A stretch of 63,998 nucleotides of DNA, counting the filler, from Porpidia crustulata (lineage: Eukaryota): the NCBI GenBank assembly GCA_964255105.1. It is 5 parts of 5 records of this genome, joined end to end, with 100 filler letters (N's around TTAATTAATTAA, not from the genome) between each part and the next. Parts side by side here need not be neighbours in the genome. Positions count along the whole stretch, not along the records: positions 13,077 to 26,051 come from CAXUWE010000470.1; 4 more parts are not named here. The stretch is one strand, 5' to 3'. Below the pieces are notes generated by a model. The model was not told where the DNA came from and searched no databases. It saw nothing but the letters and a program-made list of their open reading frames with translations. Shown here in pieces: positions 13,077 through 26,151 of this stretch; the stretch's first letter is position 1; each line of letters opens with the position of its first letter. The translations under genes were made by a program, and so were the position numbers.

Positions 13077-14790
13077 GGTTGGGGATCGGGAGGCCTTGGG
13101 CGGTGGGTGGGTGGAGAGAGAGTTGATCGCGGGCGCGGACGGCGGCGGCGGCTTCGGTGAGGACGAGGTCGGAGACACGGGTGTTGTCCATGACCAGGGA
13201 CTTGAGGCGGGGGCACACTTTGACGACGGGGAGCATGCCGGTGTCACCGAGGGATTCGCAGTAGGAGATGTTGAGATGTTCGAGTTTGGAGACGCAAGGA
13301 GATTGGGCGAGGGTTTGGAGAGTCAAGTTGGTGAGTTCTTCGAGTTCTTCGAGGTCAAGGTGAGTGAGATGGGGTGTCGTTGGGATTATGGCGGAAATAG
13401 AGTCGTCGCTAAGCCCATCACAATGAGAGAGCTGGAGACCACACAATTGAGGGACGTTGTGGGCCAATAACTTTGCACTCTTATCTGTAATGGTACGACA
13501 TCTGCTCAAGTCAAGATGGCGGAATTTGCGAGGTGGGACGACGGCGCGATCCGTCAAGGGGTCAATCTCTGGATCAACGCCTTGAATCAAGGTCTGGAGA
13601 GATTCATCATCCAGGTCGGTACAATTGGACACAACGAGCCGCTCAAGGGTATTTCTCAGGAAGAGGTCGAGCACAAAGGCTTTATCATTCCACCCCTTGG
13701 TCTCGCCTGCTCGAAGGTCTTTAAGTCTAGGGCAAGAACGGACAATCTTTTGTAGGCCTTTTGTATCGATATAAGCACACCAGGATACGTTGAGATGTTC
13801 CAGCTGCTGACATCCTTGGGCAATGATTTTCATAGCATGGTTATTGACTTTGTCCAAGCCAGAGACGTTGATGTGAACCAAACGCGGGTTCCGAAGGAGG
13901 AAACAATGCACCGAGCATCTATCAATTTTGCAGCCTTGGAGAGAAAAATACTCCAGATTCCTGCAAGCGTCCGATATCCTTTCTCCATCGCTTCCCCATT
14001 TGTCGCGTAATTGCACGCATCCTCTAAGATTAAGATCCCGGACGAAAGGTCCGGCTGCAGTCATAATTTTAACCAGAGAGTCACTCGGAATGTGCTGATA
14101 ATATTCTTCAGTATCCACGTTCTTCCAAAGCTGCCCGTCGTAGCACATTTTGTGCCATGACTGAGAGACTGCAGAACATTTAATAATTTCTCGCGGCTTG
14201 AGAAATAGAAAAACTTGGACTTTGATCTCGTCCGGCAGCTCGCCCCAGAAGTCGAAGTTTGGTCGTCGCTGGTTCTTAAACCTGATGGCCGGCTTCGAAA
14301 AATAATCGGTTTGGTCTGGACTCACTTCAGCGGTTGTCGCAAGCCTCATGTCCTTGGAGCCTGGCCGAAGATCTGCTGGTAATGCAACGCTGAAGGGGCC
14401 ATTCGGGGCATGGCCGGGGAGTTCCTTGCCAATGACTCGGATGCGAGCATTCGGGTCGAAGAATTGCGAATCAGGGCCCAGAATACTGGCAGCAGATGTT
14501 GGAGCAATCGAAAATCCGGCTGATGAGTAGGATGAATCTGAAATCCTATAATGGTGTCCATACGATCTTGACGACGAGAGCGAAACGCAAGACATCGAAG
14601 CTTGACTTCCACTGTTGTACGACGACGGAGGGTTACGAATAAGCCTCGCTAGCGACGGGGAGGAGGACATCCTGTGTAGACTTTGTAGTATACGTCTGTG
14701 ACCCTTGAGCCTCGGGGGTTGGTCCGTGGGCAATGGTTCTGCGTGTATGCTCGCTGGGGTCATTACCCCAGGCGGCTCGACCATAGACAT
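13077..14790 (-). CDS. F-box/leucine-rich-repeat protein (SCF substrate adaptor); 3' truncated
   Basis: F-box ELPDEIKVQVFLFLKPREIIKCSAVSQSWHKMC followed by Cys-containing LRRs (LNLRGC, LEHLNVSWC, LDLSRC, LEHLNISYC). Confidence 0.9.
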
Positions 14791-16471
14791 AACGACGGTT
14801 TTCGAGGGTGGGGCTGTTCAGACCCTCGAGGATTCGACAGGTTTCGCTGCTTACATCAAGGGTTGCACCTTAATGGGTTGCTTGTGACGAGCGAGCTCCC
14901 TTGGATCTTTATTCGGACCACGCAAAGATTGCGTGCAACCCCACTCTATTTCGATAGGGACAGTACGAAGCCAAGGTCCGATGTATCGTTGAAAGTTCAG
15001 GATGACAAAGTGCAGTCTGGAGAGGCGGGGGATGTCCAGTCAGCCCTCAGCCTTGCGGTCAGCTGCACACCTGCCCAGACCGATCACATACCTCTGGCAA
15101 GATGATCCACCAACGATGTGAGGTTTGAGGCGGATGATACAGCAGATGACTGCCCAAGCAACAATGGCCTTGCGGTGGTAGAGGTATTAAAGCCTCCTTA
15201 TCGGGATCGCTGCTAGGAGGTACTTATCGATTGCACGATAACTGGCCGGAGGGGAGGTCTAGCGTGTCATCTGCCCACAACGCTCGCTCGTAAAGATAGT
15301 GGTGATCATGAGGCAATAGATGAATGCTCCAAGCTTGAAATTACAGATGCGAGTGTTTGTTCAAAAGAGAGAGAAAGCTGGACATGTACAATAAGTAGGT
15401 AATTGTTTGGAGGGTACCTCGATAACTGGATGGATGGGGAGATCGGCAGTAGGCTTCCTCTATTGGATCTCCCTGGAATCCGACAACTCAACTCAAGCAG
15501 GGACGACATGCAAGGGTCAGCAATTTAGTTGGAGGCCTGGAGGAGCCTCAAAGGTACTTTAGGTTGATCTGAAGTATCTCTAGACTAGGGTACTAGTATA
15601 CCTACAACTACGTGTGGACTTCAAGTCGGACAATATGATACTATCTATCATAAGCATACCTTGGGCAAATCCGACAGTTCTTCCTTCAACATGTCAGAAG
15701 TCTACCGTTGCCCTTCACCTCGGCGCATACGAATCGGTACAAAGTGGGGTAGGTGTGCATTGCGGGATTTACAGGTATCTATCGAATGCAACGGCGGGTG
15801 ATAAACCTCTACGGCAAAGTACCCCGCAAGGTACCTCCCCCCCAATACACACATACGAGAGTACAAGTGCCTGGATTGCTCGTACTACCCTCATCGCCAA
15901 TCGGATTCTTGCTACATGCTAGCAATCGATAGATAGAAACACACCACCTACCTTACGCGTAAAGCTCACTGGTGCAATGCGACTGCGGCTCGGCTGTATC
16001 TAACCAAGTAGCCTTCCACGCCTTCTAGAACCGCCCAGATTTTTTCTCGGTTGGTCCGGAGTATATGCTACTCTAGATGAAATGGTGGGAAAGGTGCTTG
16101 CTCTGGACCATTACAAAGGAAGGGGAAGATGGGCAACAGAGCACTCGAAGTGCTCGGTAGGAAACGCCCGTACTCCAGTCATTTGCTCTCTCATGGTTGG
16201 GATAAGAAAGAGACAAGGGACGATAGATGTAGACATCCCGCTTCTTCCACCGTCAATTGCTGTGGATATATGCCTCAGCATTGCCAGTACTATCACATTG
16301 AACATTCAACGTCTGGTCCAAAACATACCATGTGCATGTATGTGGATGTGTAGTAGTAGGTAGGTATGATATCGCCGCCATGCTTCTAAGATTCCCATTA
16401 TGAACCGCGTTCAAGCGCGGCTGTTTCCCCGCGCTATTAACCCTAGACCCAGGAAGATAAAACCCCCCTAT

Positions 16472-18700
16472 CTATGGCGATGTTTGCATGGCGTCCGAAA
16501 TACTACCCGCTGCCGTCGTTGCGAAATACCTGACATCCACGTCGTCATCTTGTTGCAGCTTCTCGAGGTTCGGCAGGATTTGCTTCTGGATGAGCTCTTC
16601 GCCCAGCGGCGAGGCACTGGTCGGCTGGCCCGATTTTTCGAGGGAGAGGATGGTGCCTTCGGCTGGGAGACGTTTGAGGACATCAATGAGGACCGTATAT
16701 GATTTGGCCACGTTGAACCGGATGTTGGGAATGTCGTCCGACACCAACTTGTCCATCATGGGCAAAATCGAATCCCTAATCACTTGCACGCTGATAGCAG
16801 GAGCCAGCGTCTGAAGCAGAAGTGTTAGAGGAAATATTCCTTGAGCTACAAGCCTCGGATCAACTTACGGAGATCGCAAAACAGGTAGTCATCCGGTACA
16901 AGTAGTTTGGATGCTGGCCCATGGCCATGACCTTGGGGATGATGGCCTCACTGGCCCAATCAACCCCAAATACCTCCGTCAGCTTCTTCAGGTTCTGGGT
17001 GGCTGCTTCCCGTATTGAGAAGACCGTGTCTCCGAGCCAGCTCATACAGAGCGTGCTCAGCTTCTCGTCAAAGAACTGAACTCCCAGTTGGCTCGCCAGC
17101 AACGGGATATACTCGATGATGGCTAGTCGAACTCGCCATTGCTTATCTTCCGCTAGTTGTACTATAGCAGGTAGCAATGATTGTGAGAGAAGTTCAATCC
17201 CAATGACTGCTCGGAGTTAGTCATACTTGTAGCAACCGTAGCTTGTAGATTCTACCTTTGTTGACTAGTTCCAATTTAGAGATTATGTGAAGCCGCACGT
17301 CAGGAAATTCATCCTTGAGCATTTGCAGGAACATCGGTAGAAGATGCGCAATGGTCCTAGGATGATCAGTGCATGTGCTGAGTGGAGAGTCTATCGTAAC
17401 GCTTACTCTTCCTTGCCCAAAATAGGCGCGAGACCACTGATCTGTGTTCCAAGAGCAGCGCGCACGTGTTGTGATGTGTCAGATACCAGGTCTTCGACGC
17501 TTGTCATAATCTCGTTTAATAAAGTTTCCCGATCCAAGAGTCCACAAAACCCTTGACGAGGTCAGCTCACAGCATTGAGACAGTCAATGGAAGATCTCAC
17601 CAGGTATTTGGCCGGCTATTGCAGTCCGCACCTCTGCTTCCGTATCTTTTAATAACTTAACAAAGGCCGGTACAAGATCCCGCGTCACAGTTTCATCGTC
17701 AACGGCTTTCGCAATCTACCATCGCCCTGATCAGCTCTGTCTGCCTCTAGCAAAGTAGAGGATTTTCTTTTACCTTCTCAAACCGATCTGCAACCATGTA
17801 CCGCACTCTCCAACTTTTATCTTCGAATAAACTTCTTAATGCTGTGAGTAGCGTACCGTGGCTGGTCTGCTGCTCCTTGGGAACCACCTCCGCAATTGCA
17901 ATCAGAATCTCAACTGTGAGTAATCTTACACTATCTTGGTCGTCGCTCGCAAGGTGCTGAAATAAGGGCACTATCTCTTCTATTACTATTTTTGCCGGCA
18001 TTTCTTTGACAAACTTGGAAAGATTGTTTGCAGCCTGCCTCCTCACCATCGGGGTTTCATCATGTACTAATTGTCCGAATTGCTGGCGGAGACCCACTTG
18101 CGAATCTTTGGTGGCCTTGCTGTATGGTACATTGTAGAGGCCCGTCGCGGAAATCTTCGACGTAAACCAATCGGCTTTCGAGAGACGAACCGTAAGAGGG
18201 ATGAAGAAGTCCTCGACTTGCGATTGTGATAACTGTTCACATATCTTGTTGAGCGACTCAACAGCCTTGTCCCGAACAAGAGGTTCTTCTATAGCTGCTA
18301 GATTTTCCAAGGGTGACAAAAGCACGTGCCCATAGCTTGGGCCTCCAACATACTCAACGAAACCTCCAAGCTCGTCGCTCAGTGCAGTAAGCACCTCATC
18401 TTCGTCTTCCACGGATTCTAGTGGAAAATTCAGCGACTAGATTACCTTCTGATTGGTAGACACGCGAGGCAACTGACCATCCAGAAAGGGAATCAGCTCG
18501 TCCCTTGTTCGCTCAGGACCCAAAGCTAAAGCTATTGTAGACAGACGGTGTATAGCGTTTAAACGTAGGAGAACGTCATCGTGCTAATTGACATGAGCAT
18601 CTCAATTTCCAACATAATCCTTAGGTGGCCGTGGTACCTTTAGCTCATCAATCAGAACAGCTATCGGGTACAGCTCATCGTTTTGATTTTGTCCCTCCAT
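16472..18700 (-). CDS. TPD3: Protein phosphatase 2A scaffold (A) subunit, HEAT repeats, multi-exon
   Basis: Starts [21 protein letters not shown] (ATG at 18700). Motifs [55 protein letters not shown]. Confidence 0.97.
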
Positions 18701-19328
18701 AACTATTACCTCGCCCACTTGCTCCCGTACGAATGTAGAACGGGTCCCAATTTCAGGGAATGGACCTCGAGACGCGCTGTGACGTCTTTTTTAGAGCTTC
18801 GATGTAGGCGCCTGGGATTTGCGCTATATGGGCATTGAGGAAATATAGAATGATCTATATCGACAAGCGTTAGTTAGTAAATAATTGTTATGTTTAGATC
18901 AACGCAGCGATTGGGGCTGCGCGCCTGCATCTACGGTGCTCTGAACCCATAGATACAAGCTTCAAAGTATCCCTGCATGCCTACCTTGGGAAGAGATGTG
19001 GTTGTTCCTTCGTTGAGAGTAAAGTGCAGATAGTCTGTGGTCAGCCGTGGTCGTCTATTTGGAGTCCTTCGTTGTATCGTAAATGTTTCTGATGTTGATG
19101 AAGTGAAGCGGCTGTCCATGAAGTTGCTATGCCACTAAAATTGAAGCGAGGAAGCTCGAGCCTCTGCTAGGCCGCCTCAAAGTTCTTCCGTGTACATATC
19201 TATTCCGTTGAAACCTAATTGACACCGCTCACGTACCTATGACACAGTAATAAGGCACTGTGAACTCTTTGGTCTACTTAGACTGAGGAGCACTCCAATC
19301 GGACCAAATCTGTATAAAATCTGCCAGA

Positions 19329-21595
19329 ATGCCTACGATAGCGATTGACAAGGCAGCCCTATTCCAAGCCTTAGGTCAAGAGTAGGTAAATCACTACCTA
19401 ACGCTACAGTCTCTCTCTGCTTCTGGCTGATATACGATCGAAAGCTATTCGACCGAAGAATTCGACGAGCTATGCTTCGAATTTGGTGGGCAAGGATAAT
19501 CCAAATATACACTATTTTCGCTAAGGGTACTTAGGAATTGAGTTGGATGAGGATGTAAGATGCAAAGGCCTTATGGGGATGGACGAAAATATTGATGGGC
19601 TGATTGCCCCTAGACATCAACATCCGAGCGGCCAGTAGTCAATGGCAAACAAGAACCTGCACAGCTCAAGATTGAGATACCAGCTAATAGGTAGAAGAGT
19701 TGCTACAATCCCATAGGCTTTGAATTAACTCATTGGTGCTGGCAGGTATGATATGCTATGTTTTGAGGGTATTTCCCTCATGCTCAACATCTTTCGCGGA
19801 AAGACCATATCGCCCAATTACCGGCTAGTTGCTCCTCCGAATGGCGAAATGCAAGTAATAACGGTATATGAGGAGGTAAGCAGGGATAATGGACTCTTTA
19901 AAGGACACCAATTCTGATTCAGCGCAAGACTTCGCGGATACGACCATATATGTCTGGAGCAGTTTTACGGAAGATTAAGTTTACACAAAGTAGATACGAG
20001 TCTTTCATTGCGCTGCAGGATAAGCTTCATCAAAATCTCGCCCGGCAGCGGACACTTGTGGCGATAGGGACCCACGATTTGGATAGTATACAAGGGCCTT
20101 TCACGTATGAAGCACTTCCTCCAGAAGACATTAATTTTGTGCCCTTGAATCAAAAGAAGTCCATGAACGGGATCGAATTGATGAAATTTTACGAGGTTGG
20201 TAGTCTTCACCTAACCAGTACGGCCTTCCTTACCATTGGCAATCTAATAACTAATTCTAGAATGATAAAAACCTCTCGCGGTATCTCCATATTATACGAG
20301 ACTCTCCAGTATATCCGGTCATCTTCGATTCAAAGCGGACGGTCTGTTCGATGCCGCCAGTTATAAATGGAAACCACTCAAAGATTAGCGTTGACACCCA
20401 AAATGTGTTTATAGAAATCACGGCCCTTGACAAGACGAAAGCTGAGATTGTCACCAATATCCTTGTCGCTATGTTCTCTCAGTACACCGAAGAGCAATTC
20501 ACCGTCGAACCTGTCAAGATCATCTCGAAGCACAATCACGAATCTCGAGAGGCCCCAGATCTAAGTCCTCGCGAGACACAAGCTGAAGTCTCCTACATTA
20601 ATAATTGCTGCGGTCTTTCGCTGTCTGCTGAAGAAATCTGCAAGCTTCTCACGCGCATGTGCTACTCAGCAAAACCTTCAAAGGCATCGTCAGACCTCAT
20701 AGACGTTCAAGTTCCCCCAACTCGGGCAGACATACTACATCAATGCGACATCATGGAAGACGTTGCCATAGCTTACGGCTTCAACAAGCTTCCACGCTCC
20801 TTTCCCAGCAAGTCCGGGACAGTCGCTCAGCCGCTAGTGGTCAATAAGCTTAGTGATATCGTACGCCTTGAAGCTGCCATGGCTGGTTGGTCGGAAGTCA
20901 TGCCACTAATCCTATGCTCTCACGACGAAAATTTCGGCTGGCTTAATCGCAAGGACGACGGCAAAACCGCTGTTAAGCTAGCGAATCCAAAGACAGCGGA
21001 GTATCAAGTTGTGCGAACGTCGTTATTACCAGGACTTCTCAGAACCTTCCGGGAAAATAAGCATCATACCGTCCCCATGAAGATCTTTGAAGTCAGTGAT
21101 GTGGCCTTTAAGGATCTTCGACTAGAGCGGAAGAGTAGAAATGAGCGGCACTTTGCCGCTGCTTGGTATGGGAAGAGCAGCGGCTTCGAGGTGGTGCATG
21201 GGCTGATGGATCGTGTGATGCTAATGCTCAAAAGCGCCTTTATGACAAGTGAAGATGGCTTACAAGGGAAGGGCGCGGCGGAGTCGGCATATTGGATCGA
21301 CGAGGTGGATGGTAAGTATCGTAGACATGGTATCATTGGCAATAAATCTGGCTGACGTCCCGGTAGATCCAACTTTCTTTCCGGGCCATGCTGCGGCAAT
21401 ACACCTGCGCATGGGAGGTAGAGAGGAGGTCATAGGCGTCTTTGGAATCCTGCATCCTACCGTACTGGAGAATTTCGAACTGAGGTAAGGCAGAGCGCTG
21501 CGGGATTGATGCGGTAGTTCTGAAAGGCTAACACTTGTGCAATACTCAGATACCCTGTCAGCACGCTAGAAATGAACATAGAAGTCTTCCTATGA
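19329..21595 (+). CDS. FRS1: Phenylalanyl-tRNA synthetase beta subunit (cytosolic), multi-exon
   Basis: MPTIAIDK..., [66 protein letters not shown]-terminal [14 protein letters not shown]. Confidence 0.96.
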
Positions 21596-21940
21596 TGGTC
21601 GCATGCTCCACCATTCCAACCAATATCAGGATGGACGTAGTTCTACATCCAACAGTCATTGGCTTAGTAAAACCTCTGCCGCACTTTGTCGCCTACACGC
21701 TGCATGCCGAGAAGAACCCCTCACTGCCAGGTGTTGTGGAGATAATTTGGGTGCTCATACGAAAAGTTAGGCGATCAAATGCAAGCACACTACCCTACTC
21801 CCTACTACATCGAACTCTCAATTGGCTGCATCATGTTTTGAATATGGTTTAGTTAGGTACAGGTACAGGCCTTGATTATCATTGCTCATGCCATGCATGC
21901 AAACCACGCAACTAAACTCCTTGCCCTCCATCTCAACCGC

Positions 21941-22847
21941 TCACTCCTGAGCGTAGTCCTCTCCACCCTTCGATCCCTCCTGCTCCTGCTGCTCCGCCAA
22001 CCTCTGCTGCTCCGCCGCCTGCTGCGCTGCCACTGCCTTCGCACCATAATCCTGGCTCATGGGCTGCACAACCGTCTGCTCCTCTTTCGGCTCAATAATG
22101 GTAACGGAATCCGGGAGCGACTTTTGCGGGCCAGATTTCCCCTCCGGATCCGAACCGCGCATAATCTTGACCTTGATGCCGAGGACACCCTGGCGCAGGA
22201 GGACGTGACGGGTTGCGGAGTCGATGAAGTCTTTGGCAGGTTGACCAGAGTGGATCATAAAGCCGTCCTAGCATCACGTTAGAGATGACTTCTCGCGGAT
22301 GAAATTGACCGGGAATATACGGTGAATTTCATGCTCTTAGCTCTCGCAGCCCTCAGCTTCCCCGAGACAACGACTTCGCATCCTTTGGCTCCACTCTCCA
22401 TGATGAACCGCAAGACACCATAGCACGCTCTTCTCACCGCCAACCCGTTCAGTAGCTTGTAGCGTAGAGACTCGCATTGAGCGACCGCTGACAGCCCGCG
22501 GTTTTGAACTTTGGCGGCGTAAAGGGATACGGAGTTTTCAGGGAATTTGAAGCGCTTCTGGATGAGGGAAGTGAGTTCTCGAATGCGGCGTCCTTGCTCG
22601 CCGAGAACTTCTTGAGTGTGTGTTGCGCGGATGACTATTTCAATTTGTTTAGATCCGGACTGGGCAGGAGATCATTGATAGTATTCTTACTGATATCAGT
22701 GACGGTAGGTGTAACGCGGACTTCGACCCCAGAGTATCCCTCTTCGGCGAGTTCACGTTGGAAGAACTCGTTTAATTCGGCGTAGAATACACCGTCGGCC
22801 ACGAACTTTCTACGCTTGGATATAGTAGCGCCTGGGGCTGCGGCCAT
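21941..22847 (-). CDS. RPS3: 40S ribosomal protein S3 (uS3), two introns
   Basis: [60 protein letters not shown]. Confidence 0.98.
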
Positions 22848-23249
22848 GGTTGCTATGGAGGGGACTTTGCTGGGAGGAAGCTCGTTGTGGTTGTCGACGA
22901 GGATATCGATTTCGAGAGGTCGTCGTAGTGTATCAGTGGGGGATAGGGTTGTGGATTGTCCTCGCTTGTAAAGGGAGCTAGTAGGGTTCCGGCGATAGAG
23001 GCTCGCGCATCAGGAAACTGTGACCAGCATTGCCCTCGGATAGGCTTGTTGCAACGAATCTTTCTACGCAGCTAACATACAACGCAAGAGCTTAAGTGCG
23101 CCTCGAATGCCAACAGAGCTTGCGTATATTTTCTTCGGAACAACGTGGACGATCCTGAACACCAAAGGACCAAGAGAGGCGGTTATTTCCTACGAAGCTC
23201 GCAGACTAGACCTATCTTTCAGGATGCGTAATCGGGGGTAGTCCTAGTG

Positions 23250-25625
23250 ATGGAAAGGACTCGGATTGCGAAAGTATTCGCCCTCAGTGATATTTGTTGA
23301 GCCTAGTCATGACTTACCAGCCCTAGGTAGACGAGGTCAAACTCATACGACGCGGCGAGCAAGTAGAAGGAACCCTCCATTTGACCCCCCACCACCTCAT
23401 ATTCTGCCATACCCCCACACAAAGCGCCGAAAACTCGCCTGCAAGGCCTCGAGAGCTATGGATCACATATCCAATCATACAAATATGCACTCTACGACCA
23501 AACCCTCCTCAGTCTCATTTACCTTCGTCGATTCGGCTACGTTGCCGAGACTTCACATTTGTCTGCTTCTGCTTCAATGACGAGAAAAAGGCCAGAGACG
23601 TGTATGATAGTATCAAGGCATGGACTTGTAAGCTGGGTAGAGTTGAAAAACTCTACGCCTTCAGCTATCAGCCACAATTGCCTGAGAAGGAAGTTAATGG
23701 CTGGCGTATATATGACCCGCGCAGAGAGTGGCAGAGGCTCGGGATTAGTGACAAGTGCGTAGACAGGGGTTGGAGAATATCAAAAATTAACGCAGACTAC
23801 GGGGTAGGTCTACTCGATCATTGGGCTAAAGCGAGAGAGTTTATGAAATGTCTAGTTCTCGCCGACATACCCTGCTTTGTTAGCTGTGCCCTCGGCAATA
23901 TCTGACAACACCCTGAATTACGCTGGCAGGTATCGCTCGCGTATACGCCTTCCAGTATTGACATACCTACACCCTGTCAACAATTGCTCGATCACAAGGA
24001 GTTCCCAGCCCTTAGTAGGTGTTCGGGGAAATCGGAGTATCCAGGATGAGAAACTACTACTAGCCATTTTCTCGACCTCAGCGCCCAATCCTGACGCCTC
24101 CGAGTCACCGCAAAGGTCCACAAGTCTACAATCACCTGAGTCAAGCCAAGGAGATGCTTCGTCGACTAGCCAAGAAAGTGCACTTTCTAGTGCTAGCGAT
24201 CCTCCTGAGGATACTCTCGCTCAGTCTAATGACGATGAGATGTCTGATGAGCCACGAGTATATGGCGCCCAACAGCACAATCTTATTGTAGATGCTCGAC
24301 CTACTGTGAACGCATTAGCAATGCAAGCGGTAGGCTTGGGTTCCGAGAACATGGATAACTACCGCTTTGCAACCAAAGAGTATCTCGGCATAGACAATAT
24401 TCACGTAATGAGAGAGTCTCTAACAAAAGTCATCGACACGCTGAAGGAATCGGACTTGACACCCTTGCCGCCGAATAGAGAAGCTTTAGCCAGAACAGGT
24501 TGGCTAAAGCACATTGGCGGGATCCTTGATGGGGCTGGTCTTATTACACGACAGGTTGGGCTCCAGCATTCGCATGTCCTGATACATTGCTCCGATGGAT
24601 GGGATCGGACAAGTCAGCTCAGTGCATTGAGTCAATTATGTCTGGATCCTTACTATCGTACTCTAGAAGGCTTCATTGTGCTAGTCGAGAAGGACTGGCT
24701 GTCGTTTGGTCATAGATTCCATCATCGAGCTGGCTTCCTATCCAGTGACAAGTGGTTCTCTATTGAGAACGAGCGACTGGGTGGTGACAAGCCAGCCTTT
24801 GGGGGCAACGCTGGCCCTGGTCATGCACTCGAGAATGCGCTGTTGAGCGCCAAAGGCTTTTTCAATAAAGACAACAGCAGCAAGGACTCGATTGTAGATT
24901 CCGACGGCGAGCTACAGCCATATGAGACGGCATCTCATACTGCAAAGAAGTCTTCATCTTCCAGCAAAGGAAGCTCTAATGATAAAACTGTGACCAAAGT
25001 CAAAGAAACCAGTCCTGTCTTTCACCAATTCTTAGATGCTACTTATCAGCTCCTATATCAGCATCCAAATCAATTCGAGTTCAATGAGCGGTTTCTCCGT
25101 CGCCTACTTTACCACTTGTATTCTTGCCAGTATGGGACTTTTCTATACAACAATGAGCAAGAACGTGTCGAGGCCCGAGTTTCCGAGAAGACAAGAAGCG
25201 TATGGGATTACTTTCTCTCACGTAAAGAACAATTCCTCAATGACAAGTACAACGGAAACATTGATGACAATGTTCGCGGCCAAGAAAGACTTGTACTACC
25301 AATCCCGGGTAGAGTCAGATGGTGGAATGAACTTTTTGGTCGTACCGATATTGAGATGAATGGACCAATCAGACAACGTTATAGTCAGGGGCTCAACGGT
25401 GCTAATGACAAGTTTACCAATATCATTACTGGTGTGGAGACTGCGGATGATGCTACAGGTACAGGAGCACCTGGTAAGGCCATGTCTAATGGAAACGCCA
25501 TGGGGAATATGACATCGACGCTGGCCGCAAGCGTGGCTACTCTCGGGATTGGGCTCGGGAAGGGGATCGATGGTCGAAAAAGTCCGTCCGGTGTACAGAA
25601 AGAGATGGAGGTTGAGATGCAATGA
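23250..25625 (+). CDS. YMR1: Myotubularin-family phosphoinositide 3-phosphatase
   Basis: N-terminal PH-GRAM-like GTLHLTPHHLIF. Catalytic VLIHCSDGWDRT, plus DPYYRTLEGF, EKDWLSFGH, SPVFHQFLD, YSCQYGTFL. Confidence 0.95.
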
Positions 25626-26051
25626 AGGAAACATGACCACAACGATTGGCACATGTTTACGGGTTCTACTTGAATGCATACGACGGCGTTATGGACCGAC
25701 TCGATCGTGTCTAGGTGGGTACTGGCGCTGCGGTGGCTCTGGGTAGCTAACATGATTTATGCATGGGCCATTATATCATTAGATACGCAGATGTAAGATA
25801 GCACGGAATTTTCATCTCCCAGTAAAAGATGATTGATTCTGGAATCTTCAACTTCCCCAAACCAATCTTGAAACTCAATCTTTTCACTCAACCGGCATGA
25901 TATAATGTTATAACGATCCCCCGTATCCCCCAAAGACCGAAACAGGTCCTTCACGCCAACCATGAAGTTTCTATCATAGTCTCCCCGATGATCTAACCAT
26001 CAACAATCACCATGCTACGCGCGTCCTGCCAACAATAACCCACCTCTCCTT

Positions 26052-26151
26052 NNNNNNNNNNNNNNNNNNNNNNNNNNNNNNNNNNNNNNNNNNNNTTAAT
26101 TAATTAANNNNNNNNNNNNNNNNNNNNNNNNNNNNNNNNNNNNNNNNNNNN
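26052..26151. other. Artificial contig spacer
   Basis: 44 N + TTAATTAATTAA + 44 N. Confidence 0.98.

Noticed and set aside
18701..23249. Divergent gene pairs PP2A-A/FRS1 and RPS3/YMR1 with short shared promoters
   Set aside because: Ordinary compact fungal gene arrangement of unrelated housekeeping genes.
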